Shown here piece after piece: positions 9,041 through 18,857 of a stretch of 64,000 nucleotides of DNA. The notes beneath the pieces were generated by a model that was given only the letters and a program-made list of their open reading frames with translations, had not been told where the DNA came from and did no database searches. The translations under genes were made by a program, and so were the position numbers. Origin of the DNA: Candidatus Saccharimonadota bacterium (GTDB lineage Bacteria; Patescibacteriota; Saccharimonadia; Saccharimonadales; UBA10212). The stretch spans positions 77,002 through 141,001 of the forward strand of contig JALHRM010000001.1 of NCBI GenBank assembly GCA_022841445.1, written 5' to 3'. Numbering within the stretch: position 1 is the first letter of the stretch; every line of letters begins with the position of its first letter.

Positions 9041-10081
9041 TTAGAGTAGTTTGGATTGCGGATCTGACTTTAACTTATTATGCGTTCTGCCCACGTGCTT
9101 ATAGGCGCGAGGTGTCACTTTGCGACCGCGTGGCGTGCGCTCCAACAATCCAATTTGCATCAAATAGGGCTCAATGACATCTTCTATGGTCGATCGTTCC
9201 TCACTCGTTAATGCCGCCAGCGTCTCAACGCCCACCGGACCACCGTTGTAATTATCTATAATCGCAATTAGCACGTTTCTATCGCTTTGGTCTAGCCCAA
9301 GTTCATCAATCTGTAACATGGCAAGTGTTTTCTCGGTTGATATTTGATCGATAATACCGTCGCCGTTAACATCAGCATAATCACGAACGCGCTTAAGAAG
9401 GCGGTTAGCTATTCGTGGTGTGAGACGTGCCCGCCCAGCCAAAAGCTGCGCTGCATCTTTATTGATTGATGACTTTAATATTGAAGCCGCGCGAGTGACT
9501 ATTTGTTCGATTTCTTTTGGTTGATAGTATTCGAGCCGGTGAACATGCCCAAATCGATCACGTAGTGGTGCCGCCAAGGCGCCAGTTCTAGTGGTCGCGC
9601 CAATTATGGTGAATGCCGGCAGATCCAGTCGCAAGCTCCGTGCTGTTGGTCCCTTGCCAAGCATAATATCAAGCTTAAAGTCTTCCATGGCGCTGTAGAG
9701 GACCTCTTCAACCGTTCGGTTGAGTCGATGAATCTCATCAATGAACAGCACATCACCGTCATTAAGATTTGTGAGTAAGCTCGCAAGGTCACCAGCACGT
9801 TCAACCGCTGGACCGGATGTGATACGAATATTTGCCCCCATTTCGTTGGCTATCACCATTGCCATTGTCGTTTTCCCAAGTCCTGGGGGGCCATGCAACA
9901 ACACATGATCAATCGGGTCACCGCGCTTTTTTGCAGCCTTTATTGCCAGTTGGATATTATCCTTTAGGTGTTTTTGCCCAATGTAATTATCAAAATCAGA
10001 CGGCCGCAAAGTAAGCTCAAATTCCTGTTCGTCATTGTCAGATATTTGCTCATCAGGCTGAGTAATACGTTCAATCGCCAC
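9041..10081 (-). CDS. ruvB: Holliday junction branch migration helicase RuvB
   Basis: [12 protein letters not shown], Walker [10 protein letters not shown], Walker [10 protein letters not shown], sensor TTRTGAL..PLRDRFG, full length 346 aa. Confidence 0.95.
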   Translation of the reverse strand: MAIERITQPDEQISDNDEQEFELTLRPSDFDNYIGQKHLKDNIQLAIKAAKKRGDPIDHVLLHGPPGLGKTTMAMVIANEMGANIRITSGPAVERAGDLASLLTNLNDGDVLFIDEIHRLNRTVEEVLYSAMEDFKLDIMLGKGPTARSLRLDLPAFTIIGATTRTGALAAPLRDRFGHVHRLEYYQPKEIEQIVTRAASILKSSINKDAAQLLAGRARLTPRIANRLLKRVRDYADVNGDGIIDQISTEKTLAMLQIDELGLDQSDRNVLIAIIDNYNGGPVGVETLAALTSEERSTIEDVIEPYLMQIGLLERTPRGRKVTPRAYKHVGRTHNKLKSDPQSKLL

Positions 10082-10247
10082 GAATTACCTGCTTTCTTTC
10101 ATTATGTTAAGTGAGGTGCTTTCTAATTGATGCCAGTTGGGAGTTATTATAAGGAAATGTACAGCTTCGTACATTGACAAATAAAACTCATGAATGGAAC
10201 TAACAGAAAGTACCGAAGCCGGAAGAAAAGAATACAGGTAATTCACC

Positions 10248-10652
10248 CTACAAGTCTAACACCTTAAGTTCACTAAACCCTGTTTGGCTATCATGCTCTC
10301 TTGCATAATGTTTTGTTTCATCCTCACCTATGACAACTTCGGCTGTCGTAGAAACACGAGCTTCTTTTAAGTGCCCGCCGATTACTTTGCCGTCTTTGTC
10401 TGATACTGACATATGTAGATGGCAATCTGTGTTGCTAAGAGTACCGGCAAGCGAAACAAGTTCAAATTTTTCATGATATTCTCGAATGTCCTGGTTATCT
10501 GGCTCCGCGCCTGCCATTCGAAGTTTTACGTGATCAAAACCCGCCACACACGTAACTATGAATCCTGCTTTTATTTGTTTCTTGGCGGCAAATTTCTGGA
10601 CTTCTACCCTCAGTTCTGTGCCGGGTTTTAACCTAAACGTATATACTCGCAT
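10248..10652 (-). CDS. PPC/DUF296 domain protein (predicted DNA-binding fold)
   Basis: 134 aa. The pattern RLKPGTEL...G.IVTCVAG...V.LR....CHLHMSVSD.DGKVIGGHL is typical of the DUF296 family. Confidence 0.7.
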   Translation of the reverse strand: MRVYTFRLKPGTELRVEVQKFAAKKQIKAGFIVTCVAGFDHVKLRMAGAEPDNQDIREYHEKFELVSLAGTLSNTDCHLHMSVSDKDGKVIGGHLKEARVSTTAEVVIGEDETKHYAREHDSQTGFSELKVLDL

Positions 10653-10657
10653 GTAAC

Positions 10658-12529
10658 CTAGTAAAGCATGGCTGTTTTAGGTACAGACGAACCATCTAGG
10701 ATTTTCAACACTTCATCCGCTTCAACAGTTTCTTTGTCTAGTAGAACTCTCGACAGTTTTTCGAGTTTATCCATATTGCCTTTAATGACTGCTCTGGCTC
10801 TATTGGCCGCCTCAGTAATTAAACTTTCTACTTCGTCATCAATTAACTTTGCAGTGTCATCCGAATACTGACGGTCATGCACCAATCTGTCCATCATCAT
10901 GCCATCTTCAACATGAAACACCTGGTTGCGCAGATTCTTGCTTCCCATTCCCTGATTAATCACCATTTCACGAGCTAGCTCAGCCGCTTTCTGCAAATCA
11001 GACCCTGCGCCGGTAGTCACACGGTCCATGCCGTAAACGACTTCTTCGGCAATCCGACCGCCCAACATCCGGGCGAGTACATCTTTGTACTCAATGATAC
11101 TGTGGTAGCTCTTGTCTTCGGGTGGGATAAACCAGGTCACACCACCAGCGCGCCCACGAGGAATAATTGTTACTTTGTGCACCATTTCACTGTCGGGCAA
11201 TACATGCCCCACCACCGCGTGACCTGCTTCATGGTAGGCGGTAAGTTCTTTTTCTTTTTCGGTCATTATCTTACTTTTACGCTCTGGACCGATAGCAACC
11301 TTTTCAAATGCGTTCACAACGTCATCATTATTGATTTCTTTGCGGTCATTACGTGCCGCGATAATAGCCGACTCATTGGCGATATTCGCTAAATCCGCTC
11401 CACTGCTGCCAGCAGTTTTGGCAGCTAACGCATCAAGGTCAACTCCCTTGTTAACTGGCTTCTTGTTAAAGTGAACCTTTAGTATAGCTTCGCGGTCTTT
11501 ACGATCAGGGAGATCAATCATAACTCGTCGGTCGAAGCGCCCGGGTCGTAGCAATGCAGGATCAAGCACATCAGCGCGGTTTGTTGCTGCAAGCACAATA
11601 ACGTTTTGACCTTGTTCAAAACCATCCATCTCAACCAAAATTTGATTAAGTGTTTGTTCACGCTCATCATGACCGCCGCCCATTCCGCTTCCGCGTTTGC
11701 GGCCTACAGCGTCAATCTCGTCAATAAAGATGATACATGGGGCGTTTTTCTTGGCTTTTGTAAATAAATCACGCACACGACTGGCACCAACCCCCACAAA
11801 CATTTCGACGAATTCCGAGCCGCTGATACTGAAAAATGGGGCGTTTGCCTCACCAGCAACAGCGCGGGCGAGCATCGTTTTACCGGTACCAGGAGGCCCT
11901 ACAAGCAAAACGCCTTTGGGTATTTTTGCACCAAGTCCCTCAAACTTCTTTGGAAACTTCAAGAACTCAACTACTTCTTCCAGATCCTGCTTGGCTTCGG
12001 CATTGCCAGCGATTTCTTTGAAGGTCATTTTTTTCTTGTCAGAACCGTAAAGCTTAGCCTTACTCTTACCGAAGCTGAGTGCTTGGCTACCTTGACCCTG
12101 CGCACTCCTAAACATGAATATCAAAATGACGGCAATAATAATAATCGGTAAAATACTGCCCGCCAAGTAAATCCAAGTATCGCCACTGCTACTGGCCTTT
12201 TCTACGTTAACTTCTGTTTTTCCTTGTTTTAGGCCTTGCTCAAAAATGCTTGATCCAGCTTCTTTGCGCGAGCGCTCAGTCGCTTTATCCTGGCCTTTTG
12301 GAGTAATTTCTAGCTCTTCACCTTTTATTTGAATTTTCTTAATCTCGCCATTATTCGCGCGTTCAATAACATTTGAAAATGATACGTCTTTAAGCGTGCT
12401 TGGTTGATTAAACGCAGTGAACAGTATCAAACCAAATAATATGAGAATGGCAATAAAACCGGCACTTTTGAACCGATTCTTGTTGTTGTCTCCACCGTTC
12501 TTATTTACTTTGAATTTTTTACGGTCCAT
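10658..12529 (-). CDS. ftsH: ATP-dependent zinc metalloprotease FtsH
   Basis: Two N-terminal TM segments, AAA Walker A GPPGTGKT, Walker [13 protein letters not shown], and the zinc motif HEAGHAV. Confidence 0.97.
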   Translation of the reverse strand: MDRKKFKVNKNGGDNNKNRFKSAGFIAILILFGLILFTAFNQPSTLKDVSFSNVIERANNGEIKKIQIKGEELEITPKGQDKATERSRKEAGSSIFEQGLKQGKTEVNVEKASSSGDTWIYLAGSILPIIIIAVILIFMFRSAQGQGSQALSFGKSKAKLYGSDKKKMTFKEIAGNAEAKQDLEEVVEFLKFPKKFEGLGAKIPKGVLLVGPPGTGKTMLARAVAGEANAPFFSISGSEFVEMFVGVGASRVRDLFTKAKKNAPCIIFIDEIDAVGRKRGSGMGGGHDEREQTLNQILVEMDGFEQGQNVIVLAATNRADVLDPALLRPGRFDRRVMIDLPDRKDREAILKVHFNKKPVNKGVDLDALAAKTAGSSGADLANIANESAIIAARNDRKEINNDDVVNAFEKVAIGPERKSKIMTEKEKELTAYHEAGHAVVGHVLPDSEMVHKVTIIPRGRAGGVTWFIPPEDKSYHSIIEYKDVLARMLGGRIAEEVVYGMDRVTTGAGSDLQKAAELAREMVINQGMGSKNLRNQVFHVEDGMMMDRLVHDRQYSDDTAKLIDDEVESLITEAANRARAVIKGNMDKLEKLSRVLLDKETVEADEVLKILDGSSVPKTAMLY

Positions 12530-12541
12530 ATCCGTCCTTAA

Positions 12542-13516
12542 TTATATCAGTCCCTTCTTAAGCACCTTTAGATGGGTTTTAGTTATGTGCATATACACCC
12601 CCTTGGACACCGCGTACCTGCTTTGATCACGACCCGTTTTTGCCCTTACGGTCAAAATTTCAACTCGCTTTCGGTCAAGCACTGGACACCCACATTCATC
12701 TAACCAGGCTATCATTATCTCTGATGCAACAGTGTGTGGCAAGTTAATAAATTTTTTTCTGCTAAGCCCATCGCCCGAAGTCATACTTTTAACGAGCCTA
12801 CGGACGCGCTCGTTAACATGCTTATTATTGATTTCTACTGAATCCAAAACATCCCGTAACTCTTCAAATTTCTGAGCATTGGCAGTTATTCTTGGAGTAA
12901 TGTTGTGTCTTACGTAGTTTCTTAAGTAGCGATCCTCTTGGTTGGTGGCGTCTTCGCGCCATGCAATATTGTGAGCACGTGCATAGTCTTCTATATCGGC
13001 TTTTCTTAATGACAGAAACGGCCGCCAAATGTTTTCGTTATGACGCATTGGCGTCAAACCTTTTCTTCCCGTGCCGCGCAGAATATTAATAACCGCTGTC
13101 TCAATTTCATCGTCTTGGTGATGCGCTGTAACTATCGTTGCCGCATTATACTTATGAACAATACTCTTTAAAAATTTATATCTGAACTCCCTAGCTTGTT
13201 TCTCACTTGCTGTGGCATCAAGCATTCCCTTACCAAGCTCAAAAAGCATTCCGTATTCCTTTGCCTTGGCACAAACAAATGCTGCATCGTTTGCAGATTC
13301 GGCACGAATACCATGATCATAATGGGCTACGATTACTTTGTAAGTACAATTACTCAAGATGTGGAGTAGTGACATTGAATCAATACCCCCACTAACAGCA
13401 ACCACAACGACACTTCCCGGTTTAATCAAAGGTGATGTCACTTGCAAATGAGGCTTAATCAGTTGTGCGCTCAAGTCCATTAATTGTTTCGGGTTTTCTA
13501 CTCTTGTAAAATTCAT
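12542..13516 (-). CDS. tilS: tRNA(Ile)-lysidine synthetase TilS
   Basis: PP-loop VAVSGGIDS, HYDHG, conserved tilS-ftsH adjacency. The start may be the internal MDLSAQL. Confidence 0.85.
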   Translation of the reverse strand: MNFTRVENPKQLMDLSAQLIKPHLQVTSPLIKPGSVVVVAVSGGIDSMSLLHILSNCTYKVIVAHYDHGIRAESANDAAFVCAKAKEYGMLFELGKGMLDATASEKQAREFRYKFLKSIVHKYNAATIVTAHHQDDEIETAVINILRGTGRKGLTPMRHNENIWRPFLSLRKADIEDYARAHNIAWREDATNQEDRYLRNYVRHNITPRITANAQKFEELRDVLDSVEINNKHVNERVRRLVKSMTSGDGLSRKKFINLPHTVASEIMIAWLDECGCPVLDRKRVEILTVRAKTGRDQSRYAVSKGVYMHITKTHLKVLKKGLI

Positions 13517-14222
13517 AAGGCTTGGAAGAATCCTCGGTTTCTACTACGCTCAACGGTCTAATAACTACCTGCTCAATACCATTTACTTTTTTTCGCTGCA
13601 TTTTGCCCTGGACTCGGAGCCACGTATCTTTATCATACTTCACACCATTTTCAATCAAAACCGGTAATGCATACGGTCTGGCATCAATCACACAGCAGGA
13701 AATGACTGTTCTGCCCAGGTAATACATATTGTCGGGGAGCGGATTCTCGACCGAATCGATAACAAATCCGATTATATTCACATCTGATTCCGTAAAACAA
13801 TCAAAGTCATAGTAACCAAGCACGTATACCCAAACATCAATAGTGTAAGGCTCAGTCTGTTCTGGGCAATCGCTATCACCCCCATCTAGCCCATTCTGCT
13901 CATACGATGGCAGTACGAGAGATTTTTTACCAATGGCCTGCTGTGACAGTGGCTGAGCTGGAACTACAAACGCCAAAACCAACAATACTACGAGCAAGAC
14001 ATCAAAGTACCGAAAGCGAAGTTTGCTGCGACCATGTGAATAAATGAGACCAGCCGCCAACAGACTCAACCCAATCATGGACATCAACAAACTAAACCAG
14101 TTGTAGCGTGGGTGAATATACAGATTTATATTGCCGTTTACATAAAGATAAATCGGGTAGATACAAAACCCGATAAGGATCAACGTAATGATAAATACAG
14201 CACCTTTTGACTTACCAAACAT
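13455..14222 (-). CDS. TIGR03943-like membrane protein, partner subunit of the adjacent permease
   Basis: Three N-terminal TM helices plus an extracytoplasmic Cys-containing domain. Overlaps the upstream permease by 11 nt, which is the usual pairing for this family. Confidence 0.55.
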   Translation of the reverse strand: MFGKSKGAVFIITLILIGFCIYPIYLYVNGNINLYIHPRYNWFSLLMSMIGLSLLAAGLIYSHGRSKLRFRYFDVLLVVLLVLAFVVPAQPLSQQAIGKKSLVLPSYEQNGLDGGDSDCPEQTEPYTIDVWVYVLGYYDFDCFTESDVNIIGFVIDSVENPLPDNMYYLGRTVISCCVIDARPYALPVLIENGVKYDKDTWLRVQGKMQRKKVNGIEQVVIRPLSVVETEDSSKPYEFYKSRKPETINGLERTTD

Positions 14223-15255
14223 AACTAAACACCACTCCAGCTATTACAGCCATAACCGCAACACAACCTGTGATAACCACCAACACTCGGGCAGTGTAAG
14301 TCGTTTTCATAAGTGCAAGCATTTTTATATCCACCATCGGCCCGGCGACCAGAAAAGTAAGTATCGACCCAAGGCTGAAAGTACCAACGTAGGCGAGTGC
14401 GAAAAACGAATCAACACTGGAGCAAATAGAAATAACGAATGCCAAAATAAGCATTGCCAACACAGATAAGAACAAGTTTGAGCCAATCTCGGTTATTATT
14501 TCACGAGGTATAAATACCTGTGACGCAGCAGCAATAGCAGCACCGATTACCAGCATTCGAAAAATAAGCCACATTTCAGATCGAAACAAGCTAAGGCTCG
14601 ATTTTGTATCATGTTTATCTGACTTATTGGTATCGCAAACCGCCTTAAAATCCTTCGTAAAAATTCTATTACTATGTATAAATTTCACGACAACATACGC
14701 GGTTATATTAGCAATAAGCAAAGTCAGCCCCACTCGAGCAACCGCCACCGAGCGATTAAAGTTAAAGGCCTCCAAAGTAACGATAATTGTTACCAAATTT
14801 ACACTTGGTGCAGCAAGTAGAAACGTTATTGACTCTCTGGCGCTAAAACCCTTCATCACCAAACTTCGAGCCACTGGTACGTTGCCACATTCACAAACTG
14901 GCATAAATATACCAAATAACGAAACCACAAAACCACGCAGTGTACTATTCTTCGGTAAGTGCCGACTCATCAGTTTCACGGATACAAAACGCTGAATAAT
15001 AACGGATACAGCAACACCAAGCACAATAAATGGCAGGGCTTCAACGACAATCCCAAGTAGTAACGTTAAAAAATCCCCAAATGGAACACTTATGCGTTCA
15101 ATGATTTCATTTCGTTTTGTCTCGTTGAGCAGAATCAGGTTAAGCGTGAATCGTTTTTCCCAAAAAAATACAAATGCGCATAGAAAAAACGCCAGGACTA
15201 CACCATAAAATATGAAATCGGATTTAAATACATTTACAAGCTTTTTAAGTGCCAC
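14212..15255 (-). CDS. Predicted permease (COG0701 / DUF318 family)
   Basis: Polytopic, 347 aa, with the family-typical MPVCECGNVP motif and a second half ending in CSS.DSF. Confidence 0.7.
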   Translation of the reverse strand: MALKKLVNVFKSDFIFYGVVLAFFLCAFVFFWEKRFTLNLILLNETKRNEIIERISVPFGDFLTLLLGIVVEALPFIVLGVAVSVIIQRFVSVKLMSRHLPKNSTLRGFVVSLFGIFMPVCECGNVPVARSLVMKGFSARESITFLLAAPSVNLVTIIVTLEAFNFNRSVAVARVGLTLLIANITAYVVVKFIHSNRIFTKDFKAVCDTNKSDKHDTKSSLSLFRSEMWLIFRMLVIGAAIAAASQVFIPREIITEIGSNLFLSVLAMLILAFVISICSSVDSFFALAYVGTFSLGSILTFLVAGPMVDIKMLALMKTTYTARVLVVITGCVAVMAVIAGVVFSYVW

Positions 15256-15281
15256 TTCGCATTTAGTATACCTCGATTTTG

Positions 15282-15686
15282 CTAGTGATTATGCCCTTTG
15301 TGATCATCATCCTCATCTTCGTCGTGACCATTAAGATAATTGAATGGCCCCAGTAAATCCTTGCCAATTTTAAAGTACCCACCTAAATTACCACTTGTAA
15401 GAGTACTAAGTCCCCCATGATTATGCGTGCAAAATAATGCATACTGAGCTGCTAAGCTACCTAGCATATTCTCCGTTTCACGCACTACTGGATTAGCAAA
15501 AAACACTTCAGACTCTGCGGCAATTTGCTCGTACGTACGAATTGACTGATCTTCCCCTTGCAGGGTCAAAATTCCTGCTAAAGCTTGCTGGGCAACCGCC
15601 TGAATATCAACATCCGCCAGCTGGTTTGCAAAAAATTCTTCGTCAAAGACCGATAAATCCAGTGGAGCTTCAGGCGCAACGTTCAC
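15282..15686 (-). CDS. Hypothetical cytoplasmic protein with acidic/His-rich C-terminal tail
   Basis: 134 aa ending NGHDEDEDDDHKGHNH, internal HNHGG. The ATGA overlap with the upstream ORF indicates translational coupling. Confidence 0.5.
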   Translation of the reverse strand: MNVAPEAPLDLSVFDEEFFANQLADVDIQAVAQQALAGILTLQGEDQSIRTYEQIAAESEVFFANPVVRETENMLGSLAAQYALFCTHNHGGLSTLTSGNLGGYFKIGKDLLGPFNYLNGHDEDEDDDHKGHNH

Positions 15687-16564
15687 GGCTGTCCATTCAT
15701 CTGTGCAGATAACTTCATAATACTGTCTCTATCGGCCGAAGGGCCTCCAGCTTGAAGCTGCGCAGCTCTTAAACCAGCCCCTGTGGTAATTCTCACCGCA
15801 TCAGTATAGAATCCGCCGTAAGCTGTTTCAGACTCTAAGAAACTGTCTGGTATATACAGGGTTGTAGTCATAGCTAATTTAGGATCTAAAATGAGTGGCT
15901 GGGCAAAGCCTTGAAAATTAGGATCCATATCTGTGCTACCTTCAAAAATTCTACCCAAACTACCTTCAGTCAGTCCAGCTGCTACCGAGCTGGTTTTTCT
16001 TACTGCATGATTATCATGTCTTAGTGCAATTAGCGGGTTCCCTAAAGACACCGCCCCAATTACGGTGAGCCTATGCTCAGGATCTTTAGCAATATTTCCG
16101 CTGTGACCGCCGACTCCTGCTCGCTCAAGCCCAACAGCACCAGTCAACATGGTCGCCATCCTAGCGTCTGGTAGGGCCTTACTGGTTAAGGGGTACGCGT
16201 TTTTCAAAGGGAAAAAGCGTATCATAGGTAATCTACTTTCTCCATGTGAGTCATGAGCCGATGACAACATACCCATGACAGCAGGTTGGCGATTATTGCC
16301 AAGATAAACCATTGGTTCGTATGATGCGTAAGAACGTACTAGCTCAAATACGCGTGAATCACTCATGGCGATAGCTCTGACATCAACACTGCGCTTAGTG
16401 CCATCGTCAACTTCAGCCTCAAGACGAGCACGTGGAAACTTCTTTAGAATACCCGATATTTGGGCAAGCTCCTGGTTCACTCCAGGCTGTGTAGGCGATC
16501 CGGGTTCAATCCAATCATCTAGCTGGTCAGCACCACTTTTACCAATATCTAATATGCTTTTCAT
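15683..16564 (-). CDS. Hypothetical protein (293 aa), operator-controlled
   Basis: Long ORF with His patches (SAHDSHGE, GGHSGN, DPEHR, RHDNH). Its ATG lies 7 nt after a TATAGT -10 box (leaderless-type). No family recognised. Confidence 0.55.
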   Translation of the reverse strand: MKSILDIGKSGADQLDDWIEPGSPTQPGVNQELAQISGILKKFPRARLEAEVDDGTKRSVDVRAIAMSDSRVFELVRSYASYEPMVYLGNNRQPAVMGMLSSAHDSHGESRLPMIRFFPLKNAYPLTSKALPDARMATMLTGAVGLERAGVGGHSGNIAKDPEHRLTVIGAVSLGNPLIALRHDNHAVRKTSSVAAGLTEGSLGRIFEGSTDMDPNFQGFAQPLILDPKLAMTTTLYIPDSFLESETAYGGFYTDAVRITTGAGLRAAQLQAGGPSADRDSIMKLSAQMNGQP

Positions 16565-16593
16565 ATTTGTAACTATATGTACTTCTATGTATT

Positions 16594-16609
16594 TTGCAAT
16601 TTTGTTGCA
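16594..16609. promoter_or_regulatory. Second copy of the putative Fur-family operator core
   Basis: TTGCAATTTTGTTGCA is the same core as in the 16933-16965 palindrome. On the minus strand it overlaps the -35 of TTGCAA-16-TATAGT. Confidence 0.5.
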
Positions 16610-16634
16610 TTTTTAATTACTTATGCAACTAAAG

Positions 16635-16874
16635 CTATGGCTGTTCTACCACTACTTGCAGCCCAGTCACTAACCCTAGTTTACTCACAAGAGACGGAAC
16701 TTGTTCGGGTGTCACTTCTATGAGCCCTCCAAAATCGTCTACAATCCCAAGATTACCGTCAGTACCCACGCCAACTATCGGACAACAATCCTTCGTGTGA
16801 CATATTCCAAACGGAACCCGAAAACCCTCACCTAAAATAGCCATTTGCGCATCTGTACCTATTGCCTCTCTCAC
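16635..16874 (-). CDS. Hypothetical small protein (79 aa) with C-x4-CC motif
   Basis: GTG start 8 nt after a strong SD AAGGAG. Contains ICHTKDCCP. Divergent from the Fur-family gene. Confidence 0.5.
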   Translation of the reverse strand: MREAIGTDAQMAILGEGFRVPFGICHTKDCCPIVGVGTDGNLGIVDDFGGLIEVTPEQVPSLVSKLGLVTGLQVVVEQP

Positions 16875-16932
16875 TTATTAATCTCCTTCTTAATACACTA
16901 CTTGCAATACTGAAAGCAGCTTAAAATACTTA

Positions 16933-16965
16933 AATAACTAATTGCAATTTTGTTGCAATTAGTTA
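16933..16965. promoter_or_regulatory. Palindromic operator (putative Fur/Zur-family box) in a divergent promoter region
   Basis: Perfect 14+14 nt inverted repeat ATAACTAATTGCAA-ttttg-TTGCAATTAGTTAT. Overlaps TTGCAA-16-TATACT upstream of the ATG at 16978. Confidence 0.7.
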
Positions 16966-16977
16966 TACTACTGCAAA

Positions 16978-17388
16978 ATGAATGAAGACAAACTTCGTAA
17001 CTTGCTAAAGCAAAGGCAGGTAAGCGTCACTAAACCACGCTTAGCAGTCTTTAATGTTCTCAAGCATATGGAATACCCCGTAAGTGTTGCGGATTTAAGT
17101 AAAAAAATGAAGGATGTAGACAAGGTGAGTGTCTATCGAACAATTGATTTATTTGAAAAAGTCGGTATTGTGCACCGCATATGGACAGGTTTCAAAAGTA
17201 AGATTGAGCTGAGTGAAGAATTTTCCTCACACCATCACCACTTTACCTGCTTAAAGTGTGGTGCTACAACCAGTCTTAAAAGCGAAGACCTCGAAAATAG
17301 TTTACGCATGTTTGAATCAATACATGGATTTAGATTAGTTCAACACTCTGTCGAACTAAGCGGCTATTGCAAAAACTGCACCACCTAA
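16978..17388 (+). CDS. Fur-family metalloregulator (Fur/Zur/PerR type)
   Basis: 136 aa. N-terminal winged helix (RLAVFNVL...VYRTIDLFEKVGIV), then HHHHFTCLKCG and a C-terminal CKNC structural-zinc pair. Confidence 0.85.
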   Translation: MNEDKLRNLLKQRQVSVTKPRLAVFNVLKHMEYPVSVADLSKKMKDVDKVSVYRTIDLFEKVGIVHRIWTGFKSKIELSEEFSSHHHHFTCLKCGATTSLKSEDLENSLRMFESIHGFRLVQHSVELSGYCKNCTT

Positions 17389-17488
17389 TAAATGCGTTCG
17401 TCTGCGCTCCCACGCCTAGATCGGTAATAATCAAAAAGTCAGCAGAGTTTTCCGCTCTGCCGGAGCACAGACTGGCCGCTTTGGTATG

Positions 17489-18763
17489 TTAGAGAACTCG
17501 GAAGCCGATGTCGCGGCGGTACTGCATTCCATCAAAATGTATTCCGTTCTCGCCGATTACGGCATATATTTTCGATAACGCATCTTTGAGATCGTTACCT
17601 CTTGCTGTTATATTCAGCACTCGTCCTCCGTTGGTATAAAATTTTCCACCTTCCAGCTTTGTGCCAGCATGAAACACCGTCACGCCTTCGTAATCTTTTT
17701 CAAGTCCATGAATTTCTATGCCTTTTTGGGAAGACTCCGGGTAACCAGCGCTAGCTAAGCAAACTGTTGCGGCTGCATCGTTTGATATTTTTGTCGTTTC
17801 TGCCAACTTGGAGATATTACCTTGAGCGGATGCAAGTAATAATGGCAACAGGTCGCTATCGAGCGCCAGCATCATCGGTTGGCATTCGGGGTCGCCAAAT
17901 CGACAGTTATACTCAATGACTTTCGGTTCACCTTCTTCTGTGACAAATAGTCCACCATACAAACAACCTCTAAACGGTGTACCATCTTGCTTCATTCCGG
18001 TTATAGTGTCACCAATAATTTTGCGAATTTTTGTGTCAAGTTCATCATACACAAATGGCAAGGGCGTGTAAGCTCCCATGCCGCCGGTGTTCGGACCTTT
18101 GTCGCCCTCAAATATTGGCTTATGATCCTGGAAATATGGGAGCAGCACAAAATCCTCACCATCACTGATTGCAAACACGCTGACCTCTTGGCCTCGCAGG
18201 CGTTCTTGAATGACAATTGTACTCCCCGCATCCCCAAACAATTCTCCAGACATCATCTGATCAATCGCCTGGTTGGCTTCGGTTTGAGTAGCGGGTAAGA
18301 TCACTCCCTTACCAAGCGCTAACCCATCAGCCTTCAAGACAATATTTTCTGCACCTTGCTCTTCAACATATTCCTTCGCACTTTCCGTGTCGGTAAACGT
18401 CTTATTAACCGGCTGCGGTATATTAAAACGAGTTAAGAAATCAGCCGTAAATGCTTTGCTTGATTCGATTTTTGCCGCTGCTTGAGTTGGACCAAAAACC
18501 TTTAGGCCGAATTTTTCCAGCTGATCAACAGCACCTTCAGCGAGTGCGCCGTCTGGCCCGACGACCACAAATTCAACATTGTTATCTACGCAAAATTTTC
18601 CAATGGCATTAAAATCGTATGTGTCAATGCCGGTATTTTCAGCAAATGTGGCCGTCCCGCCGTTACCCGGCGCATAATAAACTTTTTCCACGTTTTCCGA
18701 CAAAGACAACTTCCAACCGAGCGCGTGTTCACGACCACCAGATCCAATAACAAGTACTTTCAT
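17489..18763 (-). CDS. purD: Phosphoribosylamine-glycine ligase PurD
   Basis: MKVLVIGSGGREHALGWKL start, ATP-grasp core, 424 aa full length. Confidence 0.95.
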   Translation of the reverse strand: MKVLVIGSGGREHALGWKLSLSENVEKVYYAPGNGGTATFAENTGIDTYDFNAIGKFCVDNNVEFVVVGPDGALAEGAVDQLEKFGLKVFGPTQAAAKIESSKAFTADFLTRFNIPQPVNKTFTDTESAKEYVEEQGAENIVLKADGLALGKGVILPATQTEANQAIDQMMSGELFGDAGSTIVIQERLRGQEVSVFAISDGEDFVLLPYFQDHKPIFEGDKGPNTGGMGAYTPLPFVYDELDTKIRKIIGDTITGMKQDGTPFRGCLYGGLFVTEEGEPKVIEYNCRFGDPECQPMMLALDSDLLPLLLASAQGNISKLAETTKISNDAAATVCLASAGYPESSQKGIEIHGLEKDYEGVTVFHAGTKLEGGKFYTNGGRVLNITARGNDLKDALSKIYAVIGENGIHFDGMQYRRDIGFRVL

Positions 18764-18780
18764 GATATCTCCGTATTTAG

Positions 18781-18857
18781 TGGTACCAGGGGCGAGACTC
18801 GAACTCGCGACCGCAGGCTTATGAGTCCTGTGCTCTAACCAACTGAGCTACCCTGGC
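18781..18857 (-). tRNA. tRNA-Met (anticodon CAT), elongator type, CCA encoded
   Basis: Reverse complement GCCAGGGTAGCTCAGTTGGTTAGAGCACAGGACTCATAAGCCTGCGGTCGCGAGTTCGAGTCTCGCCCTGGTACCA-like cloverleaf. The D-loop AGTTGGTTAGAGCAC matches the E. coli elongator tRNA-Met from memory. An Ile2 identity is not excluded. Confidence 0.85.

Noticed and set aside
10082-10245. 10-bp inverted repeat GAATTACCTG / CAGGTAATTC bracketing the whole ruvB-DUF296 spacer
   Set aside because: Roughly ten such 10-bp pairs are expected by chance within 150 nt somewhere in 64 kb. The arms do not extend.
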